NCBI GenBank assembly: GCA_963729605.1
Contig: CAVSNY010000006.1
Coordinates: 160,001 to 224,000 of the forward strand
DNA: 64,000 nucleotides
From: an uncultured Gammaproteobacteria bacterium
Lineage (GTDB): Bacteria > Pseudomonadota > Gammaproteobacteria > DRLM01
Direction of reading: 5' to 3'
Part shown: positions 57,470 to 64,000 of the stretch, one piece after another
How positions within the stretch are numbered: the stretch's first letter is position 1
How the letters are laid out: every line of letters starts with the position of its first letter
Position numbers and translations under genes: made by a program
Notes under the pieces: model-generated
Told to the model about the DNA's origin: nothing
Databases searched by the model: none
The model's input: only the letters and a program-made list of their open reading frames with translations

Positions 57470-58969
57470 TTGATAGCTCCTTTGCTTGTAATGTCCTCTG
57501 AACAAGGCACAGGCGATGCCGAGGTTTTTTTCCCATTCCCATTTTTCTAGCCCCGATCGATTGGCCGTCCTGCGTACGGTGGATTCCACAAGGTCCCGAG
57601 GAATGGGGCGCCCATCAATGATGCAAGGAAGCAGGCGTTCCACTGTAGCCTTGCGGAGCTTCTCGCCAGACCTGCCTTCCACTTGACGCCCATATGCGGC
57701 CTCAGCGATGTCTCTGGGCGAAGGAGCGCCCACGAATAGAAAATCCTTACTAAAATTTTGATGCCAGGCACACGATTCGTGCCATGCTTGGAGGCGTTCA
57801 ATGAATTCGGAGCCGGTCAGTTCCCGGTAATAGGTAATGGCCATGCGCCCAGGCGTCGCCGAGTCGAGCGCCATGACCACGATTTCTTCTGTTGAACCTA
57901 GTTGGGCACGATAGCCAGCTAGACGCTTATTCAGTCTGGCGGCGAAGGCTTGGCCTGCATCCCCCTGATACGTGGGCACAACATCTTCCTGCTCGGATTC
58001 CAGACCAAACATCTGGGCGGAATTAGCAAACGGATCGGGTAATGATGTGCCAGATACAGCCCATGCCACGATAACTTGATCTCCATTCTGGAATGCTTGT
58101 TTCCGATTTTTATCAAGCAGCCAGCGCAAGGCATTGTGAGATTTCTGCGTTACCTCAAATCCAACTCCTAAAACCTGATCTGCGTCCGTGAGTCGGCCAA
58201 GAAACGTAAATCCACTGAGATCATTGGAAGAAATCAACTTAGCGCCATCACCTGCATGGCGAAGCCGCTTTGGGTGACTTTGAGCCAGCACCATGTTCTT
58301 ACCGGTCACCATGCAGAAACCATGGCTCTGGTTTTGGCTGGCATCAAATCCGACCCATGCATCCATTAGGCTTTGGTCTTTCCAGGTTTCCGGCACTGGG
58401 TCTCCCGGCATCTCCACGCGCCAGCGGATCAGCGCATCCCCTTGATCGCGCATTCCCTCCTTGGCAGTGAGATACTTGAATATCTCCGGCATCGGCTGAT
58501 TGGGGTTCGGGAGAGTCAGAAGAACCGCGTCGTCATCCACATGAAGAACCGCCTCTCGGACTAGATCGGCCACCACAGTGCCTTTACAGACATACTCGAG
58601 CACAGCCTTAGCTTTGGGATGGCAGAAACTCGATTCACACCATCTCGTTAATTGCTCGGCATAGCTAGGATAGTAGGATTTCTTTTTGCCACCATATTGC
58701 GGATAGTCAGCGCCACAATATTGCACTTTGTCACACAGGGGATGTGGCGCTTCACCACTGGTGCGTCCTGCGGATTTCTCCGTTGCTGGTAACACAGTCT
58801 CTACTTTTTGGATGACCTCGGCACGCCTGAACTCGCCATTTCCATCTATAGTGATTTCGACGTGTGCTTGCTGAATCGCATGGCTAATTGGCAACAGAGG
58901 ATGGTTGGAAAACTGTGGTGCGCCATAGCATTGTTCGTAGGTATCATATAATTTTTGCATCCAGCTCAT
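57053..58969 (-). CDS. cas8c: type I-C Cas8c (Csd1)
   Basis: MSWMQKLYDTY, PHPLCDK..Y, CMVTG, AKLISSND, DYLFGRLLA, FLLGYHCQ. Confidence 0.95.
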   Translation of the reverse strand: MSWMQKLYDTYEQCYGAPQFSNHPLLPISHAIQQAHVEITIDGNGEFRRAEVIQKVETVLPATEKSAGRTSGEAPHPLCDKVQYCGADYPQYGGKKKSYYPSYAEQLTRWCESSFCHPKAKAVLEYVCKGTVVADLVREAVLHVDDDAVLLTLPNPNQPMPEIFKYLTAKEGMRDQGDALIRWRVEMPGDPVPETWKDQSLMDAWVGFDASQNQSHGFCMVTGKNMVLAQSHPKRLRHAGDGAKLISSNDLSGFTFLGRLTDADQVLGVGFEVTQKSHNALRWLLDKNRKQAFQNGDQVIVAWAVSGTSLPDPFANSAQMFGLESEQEDVVPTYQGDAGQAFAARLNKRLAGYRAQLGSTEEIVVMALDSATPGRMAITYYRELTGSEFIERLQAWHESCAWHQNFSKDFLFVGAPSPRDIAEAAYGRQVEGRSGEKLRKATVERLLPCIIDGRPIPRDLVESTVRRTANRSGLEKWEWEKNLGIACALFRGHYKQRSYQMALELDRTSRDYLFGRLLAVAEHIEGRALYFAGEKRDTSAAKLMQRFADHPYSTWRTIELSLTPYKTRLRSRSAGFLVNMEKLIDGIICAFDGKDFMSEARLSGEFLLGYHCQRQSLRFRTEVDETEDTTENQTNQGE

Positions 58970-58970
58970 A

Positions 58971-59699
58971 TCAATACTCCAGACCTGCCGTCTCGATATC
59001 GACGTTGATAAGGTTCTTCCCTATGGTGAATTGCTTCGGTTGCATATCCCGAATGAACTTCCGGGTTATACATTGCTCAGGTGAATCAAACCGGATAACG
59101 CCATCGATCATCGTTGGTCGCCAGAATCGAGCTTGAAGTTTGTCTTCGCCGGTTTCATCTGGGTAGTCGAATCCATGGAAGGTCAAGCCAAAACCCAGCT
59201 CTCCAGAGCCATCGTAATGCCCTAGCCCGGAACCGAATTCGCAGGGTTCAACGTAGCCTTGGCAATCGCGGGTACCCAAAAAAATGTCCTGGCGACCACC
59301 ACGTTCAAGCATGCGCTTGGCAATTAGATGATGTTTTGATTCGTTCCGGTCATCTGCCAACTCGGGCCGATATGGATTCCATTCGAAATGCGCCCTAATC
59401 TGGTATTCGACATCCGCCAGAAAGGTATAGATGGCTAAGGTATTGCCACCGCTGAATTCCAAAGGTTTAGTGCCTTTTGTCTGGGTGCGAATGCGAGTAA
59501 TCACCCGCGCTTCGTCGATAACCCATATGAAGGTAGGCTTCCAATAAATGGATTTGGCGATACCCTTCAGTGCTTCATAGGTCGGGATGTGGTAGGAGCA
59601 TTTCTCTCCACCAATGCGTGTCAACGGGTCGGTGAATAAGGCATGGCGAGCCCATACCTTAAATTCGATACCATTCTTTCGCGAGTCAAACTCAGACAC
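58971..59699 (-). CDS. cas5: type I-C Cas5 (Cas5d, crRNA-processing)
   Basis: ALFTDP..R..GEK.SY.IPTY.A..GI...IYWKP, DVEYQI.AHF, FLGTRDC. Confidence 0.96.
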   Translation of the reverse strand: MSEFDSRKNGIEFKVWARHALFTDPLTRIGGEKCSYHIPTYEALKGIAKSIYWKPTFIWVIDEARVITRIRTQTKGTKPLEFSGGNTLAIYTFLADVEYQIRAHFEWNPYRPELADDRNESKHHLIAKRMLERGGRQDIFLGTRDCQGYVEPCEFGSGLGHYDGSGELGFGLTFHGFDYPDETGEDKLQARFWRPTMIDGVIRFDSPEQCITRKFIRDMQPKQFTIGKNLINVDIETAGLEY

Positions 59700-62181
59700 A
59701 ATGCACCTCCATTTTTCCTTCGGGAGTTAAACCCAGCCCGAAATCTTTGTTGTAGTATCGGGCATCCGCAAGGTAGAGAATGTCCACACCCTCCTGTATT
59801 TCATGCAAGGCATTTTCCTCCTGAAGCTTTTCCAACTGGTGAGGAAATATGTTGACGGTATATTGCTGCGCTCGACGCAGCAGCTTGAATTGCCTTTCCA
59901 CTTCGAAGGCCGAACAAAGGTCGTTAATCAACTCACGCCCAACGTCACCGTAGGGCACGATGATGCCTCGTGTTGGCGCATCGATGACTTTAAATGCGCG
60001 GGCGGCGGACATGAAGGATTGCCGGAGATAAATGTTGGGCGCGCTACCGTGATTACGCCCATATTCGTCCATCGCCAGAAAGTTTGTGGAGAGGAGATTT
60101 AACAGCGTGTCATCTCGTCCCACCGTCTGCGCGGCGAGGGGATAGTCCATTTCCTCGCTACGTGCGAAGAAGTAATAATCGAAATATTTCGCCATTGCCT
60201 GCGGCGCGAGCAGGGTGTCGCCGAAATTTTCAATACCCGCTTCGACATCGTCGAATAATCGCTCGGTGATGCCTTTGCCACACTGAATGTCCTTGAGCAT
60301 ATCCAGCTTCTCTACCGCGGGATTGATCACATGAACCCGGCCTGTCTTTCTACGACCATTGCGGTTACAGCGCCCGGCAGCCTGGGCAATGGAGTCCAAA
60401 CCGGCCGTGTAGCGGATGACTGAACCGAAATCCACATCCACGCCAGCCTCGATTAACTGGGTGCTAATGCAGATCACGGGTGACTCGTCATCTAGCAGAG
60501 CCCTAATCTTATTGAGTATATCCTTTCGGTGCGCAGGGCACATGTTGGTGCTCAAGTGAAAGGTCTGTATTCCCGGCGTTTGGTAACATAGCCTGTAAAG
60601 CTCCTGAGCGGACTTCTTGGTGTTGACGATCACGAGACAACTTCCAGCATGTTGGACCTCGTCCAGGGCGAGCCGGGCAACTTCTTCTTCTGCCCACCCA
60701 CCCGGCTTACGTCTATTCAACACATCCACGCGCTTCAGCTTATCAAACAACCCCTTTACATCAGGCATGAGTTCATCGTCACTAGTGAACTTCAGCGCGC
60801 CTTTCTTTGAATCGACTTGGTTCAGCAAGGGCTGGGTAGCGGTACATAAAACAACCGTGCTGCCACAGTGCTCCACTAAGAAATTCATCGCATTGCAAAA
60901 CAGATGCACACAGTTGATAGGTAAGGTCTGGATTTCGTCGAAGATGAGCACTGCATTGGCTAACTGATGCATCCTCCGCGCACCGCGTGTGCCACCGCCA
61001 AATAGGGTTTCAAGAAACTGCACGCTGGTAGTGAATACGACGGGGGCGTCCCAATTCTCCGTCAGCATCTTTTCCCTCCAGCCCTGTTGCTCGGGCGTGA
61101 GATTGGAGTGATGTTCAAGCACCACGCGACCACGGTCGCCCTTTTTAGGCTCGAGTATCTCGCGAGCCACCTCGGCATTCTGGTCGATGATGGATGTGAA
61201 GGGAATGACGTAAATCACCCGATCCATCTGATGACATTTCGCGTGGTGTAACGCAAAGCGCAGACTGGCCAAGGTTTTGCCGCCGCCAGTGGGTACGGTC
61301 AGAGTATAAATACCTTTTTTTCGACTACCACCGTTGCGGCAATGGTCGGAAATACTCCGTCTAATCTCATCAATAGGATCCCGGAGAGGGAATACTTGCA
61401 GGCGATTTTCAAGGCGCTCTATCAATAGAGGCCACTCGGTGTATTGGCCGCCGGGTCGATGTTTCGCCGCTCTTGGCTTCTCGAAATCAGCCGTATCGAC
61501 ACGATCTGCGTCGATCAGGCAACTGAACAGGAAACGGACGAGCAGACCTAACTTGAACTGCGTGATCTTGTTTTTACTTGGATCTAGTCCTTTGATATTG
61601 TCGCGCAGCATTACCTGGCGAATGGATTCTTTAAGAGTGTCAATCAGTCCTTGATTATTCAACAACTCGCGGAGCCGCTTGTCGATCGATGGATCCATTC
61701 TGCTCTTGGCTTCCAGGAGGTGGGTTCGATCGTCCCGCTTGCCAATCCGCCTCGTGAAAACATCTTCAACGGGTTTATTAGCGTCGGAGGACAAACAATC
61801 GATCAGGCCAGAATGATGAGAGGCAATACATAACGCAAGAAATTGACCAGAAATCCTACCCATGACTTCTTGCTGGGACAGTTCTTCCCATACAAGCTGT
61901 GCCCCTGCTGTGGAGTGATCGACCTTGCCCTTGAGCCCCTGGGCATCGACGAAATCATCTTCATCCAGATTGATCAGGCCAACAGCAGACTTAATATATG
62001 TCTGAAATTCGTCACTGTACTTACCCAAATCATGAACCAACCCAATCAGCTCTCCATGTTGCCTCAGGCCAATTTTAGCGGCGAGCGACATGGCTATATC
62101 GGCAACGCCCAATAGGTGTTCTTCCAAGCTTTGTATAGCTCGATCAGAATCTCTCTGATGCGCAATGTAAGAAACACCCAT
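59692..62181 (-). CDS. cas3: Cas3 HD nuclease-helicase
   Basis: HL..V and HDLGKY, SHH, DAD..D; VPTGGGKT, DEIQ, TATQP, STQLIEAGVD, QAAGRCNR. Confidence 0.97.
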   Translation of the reverse strand: MGVSYIAHQRDSDRAIQSLEEHLLGVADIAMSLAAKIGLRQHGELIGLVHDLGKYSDEFQTYIKSAVGLINLDEDDFVDAQGLKGKVDHSTAGAQLVWEELSQQEVMGRISGQFLALCIASHHSGLIDCLSSDANKPVEDVFTRRIGKRDDRTHLLEAKSRMDPSIDKRLRELLNNQGLIDTLKESIRQVMLRDNIKGLDPSKNKITQFKLGLLVRFLFSCLIDADRVDTADFEKPRAAKHRPGGQYTEWPLLIERLENRLQVFPLRDPIDEIRRSISDHCRNGGSRKKGIYTLTVPTGGGKTLASLRFALHHAKCHQMDRVIYVIPFTSIIDQNAEVAREILEPKKGDRGRVVLEHHSNLTPEQQGWREKMLTENWDAPVVFTTSVQFLETLFGGGTRGARRMHQLANAVLIFDEIQTLPINCVHLFCNAMNFLVEHCGSTVVLCTATQPLLNQVDSKKGALKFTSDDELMPDVKGLFDKLKRVDVLNRRKPGGWAEEEVARLALDEVQHAGSCLVIVNTKKSAQELYRLCYQTPGIQTFHLSTNMCPAHRKDILNKIRALLDDESPVICISTQLIEAGVDVDFGSVIRYTAGLDSIAQAAGRCNRNGRRKTGRVHVINPAVEKLDMLKDIQCGKGITERLFDDVEAGIENFGDTLLAPQAMAKYFDYYFFARSEEMDYPLAAQTVGRDDTLLNLLSTNFLAMDEYGRNHGSAPNIYLRQSFMSAARAFKVIDAPTRGIIVPYGDVGRELINDLCSAFEVERQFKLLRRAQQYTVNIFPHQLEKLQEENALHEIQEGVDILYLADARYYNKDFGLGLTPEGKMEVHCV

Positions 62182-62259
62182 AACCTGCTACTCCTGATTT
62201 TAATTTTTTACATCCTGCCACACCCACTGTCTCAAATCGTGCAGCAGTCCCCCAAAAAA

Positions 62260-63237
62260 TTACTCTTCTCCCTCCCCATACCTCGCCGCCGCCTCCCTCA
62301 CTCGTTGAATGACCTGCGCGCGCAGTTCCGGCGGCCCCACCACCTCTACCGCCGGCCCATGCCTCAATACATCCATAATGAGTTCACGCGGGTCGCTGTA
62401 GGGCAGTCGCAGTTCGTAACGGCCGTCCGGCAGCCACTCGCCTTGTTGCTCGGGATGCCAGTGTTCGTCGGCCACCCAGCGGGCGGCCTGGGGCGTGAAG
62501 CGCAAAATGGCGGTATGGGTGGGCTCGCCGGCGAAGATGCCGTAGGCGGTCGCAAAGTGTTTATCCAGAACGGCATCGTCTATTTCTTTGGCAGGTGTGT
62601 CTTGTACGGCGCAGGTCTTGATGCGGTCGACCGAGAAGTTGCGCAGATCGTTGCGCAGGTGGCACCAGGCGTCGAGATGCCAGTTGCCGCGGTAGTGGAT
62701 GAGGCGTTGCGGCGAGAGGGTGCGATCGGTGATTTGATCCTCACCGCGGGCGTGATAGGTGATGCGCAGGCGCTTGCGCTGCATGACGGCGCCGGCGATC
62801 TGTTGAAAATATTCGGCGCCGCCGCGCGCGGCGATATTGAGGATGCGCACGCGGCGCAGCAGCTCGCCGTTGCCGAGCTGCTGCTTGTCCAATATTTCCT
62901 CGATGCGTTGACGCAGCGGCGCGAGATGGTGGTCGAGCAGGCCGGGCTGGGCGGTGGCGAGCAGCTCGTGGGCGGCGCGGAGCGCGTAGAGCTCGGAGGC
63001 GTTGAACCACAGGCCCGGCAGCTCGTAGGGGTGCTCGCCGTTGCGGGCGTAGTAGTAGCCGTTGGCGCGGCGGTCGTAATCGATGGGCGCGTGCAGATAG
63101 GCGCACATGTGCTCGATAATGCGCGCCAGCGTGGCACGCGAGCATTGCAGATTTTCCTGCAATAGCTTGCCCGCCACCGGTCGGCGTGCATCGCGCAGCA
63201 GGCCATGCAAGGCATAAATGCGATCAAACCGGTCCAT
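62260..63237 (-). CDS. HTH-WYL-WCX transcriptional regulator (YafY/PafC-like)
   Basis: N-terminal HTH (CSRATLARII), R.LSPQRLIHYRGNWHLDAWC..R...R.FSVDRI, C-terminal VEVVGPPELR. Confidence 0.92.
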   Translation of the reverse strand: MDRFDRIYALHGLLRDARRPVAGKLLQENLQCSRATLARIIEHMCAYLHAPIDYDRRANGYYYARNGEHPYELPGLWFNASELYALRAAHELLATAQPGLLDHHLAPLRQRIEEILDKQQLGNGELLRRVRILNIAARGGAEYFQQIAGAVMQRKRLRITYHARGEDQITDRTLSPQRLIHYRGNWHLDAWCHLRNDLRNFSVDRIKTCAVQDTPAKEIDDAVLDKHFATAYGIFAGEPTHTAILRFTPQAARWVADEHWHPEQQGEWLPDGRYELRLPYSDPRELIMDVLRHGPAVEVVGPPELRAQVIQRVREAAARYGEGEE

Positions 63238-63528
63238 CTGACATGTCTCCCCGCCATGCCGATACAAACCGCCGTATCGTGATGAATTCGGCGCCCACCC
63301 CTCTTCTCATGGGCGCTTTGGCAATGTACACGGATGCCGGGAAACTGGGAACCAGGAACAGTGATATAAATCAGAGACTCCTTAAGAGACGTGCATCCGG
63401 CCGTTTATCGCACCAAACCGGATGGGTTTAGGTCTGTGATATATTGGCTGTCCACAGGGAGGCCGGCCGGTCATTCCGTCCCAGCGGGGGCGACAGGAAT
63501 CTCCATTCATGCATTCGGTTTAAACAAC

Positions 63529-64000
63529 ATGACGATGAAACAGCGGTATCAGTCCGTTCCAACACTGCTATCCGGTCTTTTGCTCACACTCTCATTAAGC
63601 GGTTGTCTCAGCGACGGCAGTGAGTTGATCCCGGCGGAGCAAAATGTCAGCCGTCCCGATGGCGTCTTCGTGGGTCTGGGCGTCAATCCGGTCTATGCCT
63701 GGAATGTCGGCCCCATCGCGTCGCTCACGGTGGTGCGCACCTCCAATCCCACCACTCCGGTGTGGGGCTTCAGTGTATTCACCGGCGACCTCGTGCCGTC
63801 CCCGGTCACCCATGGCGATAATGTGCCCAACGGTTCCCAATCGGTGGGCGGTACCGAGCCCACCCTCACCCCTGGCGTACAATATCGCGTGTTGATCGAA
63901 CGCCGCACCGAAGGAAGAACCTTTACCGCCTTTTTCGTCCCGCCCGATGGCAGCAACAGCGGAATACCCACCCAACTCTCCCGTTCCGCGGCAAGCGTCC
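63529..64000 (+). CDS. lipoprotein of unknown function, partial (runs off the window)
   Basis: open frame from ATG 63529/63535 to the end: MKQRYQSVPTLLSGLLLTLSLSG-C lipobox. Confidence 0.7.
   Translation, partial: MTMKQRYQSVPTLLSGLLLTLSLSGCLSDGSELIPAEQNVSRPDGVFVGLGVNPVYAWNVGPIASLTVVRTSNPTTPVWGFSVFTGDLVPSPVTHGDNVPNGSQSVGGTEPTLTPGVQYRVLIERRTEGRTFTAFFVPPDGSNSGIPTQLSRSAASV

Overview
GC-rich proteobacterial chromosome segment, probably a gammaproteobacterium (inferred from gene order and protein sequences). About 1-38.7 kb is mostly housekeeping: truA-trpFBA-accD-folC-dedD-cvpA-purF-metZ with a SAM-II riboswitch, pbpG, a DUF3015/DUF4105(Lnb-like)/hydrolase operon, gnd-zwf-pgi divergent from glgA-ppc, pcnB-folK-dNK-panBCD and tRNA-Glu(CTC), plus scattered REP/MITE elements. 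About 38.7-63.3 kb is a type I-C CRISPR-Cas locus on the minus strand: WYL regulator, cas3, cas5, cas8c (with an internal cas11 start), cas7, a hicB-hicA toxin-antitoxin cassette with a frameshifted toxin, cas4, cas1, cas2, a leader and a very large array (about 187 copies of a 37-nt repeat, counted by eye). An IS911-like IS3 element interrupts one spacer. Best leads: the WYL plus embedded HicBA architecture, independently re-acquired PAM-anchored spacers, the frame-defective IS in the array, a probable AUU start for pcnB, and a triple tandem MITE. All family assignments come from recognising motifs by eye; no searches were run.
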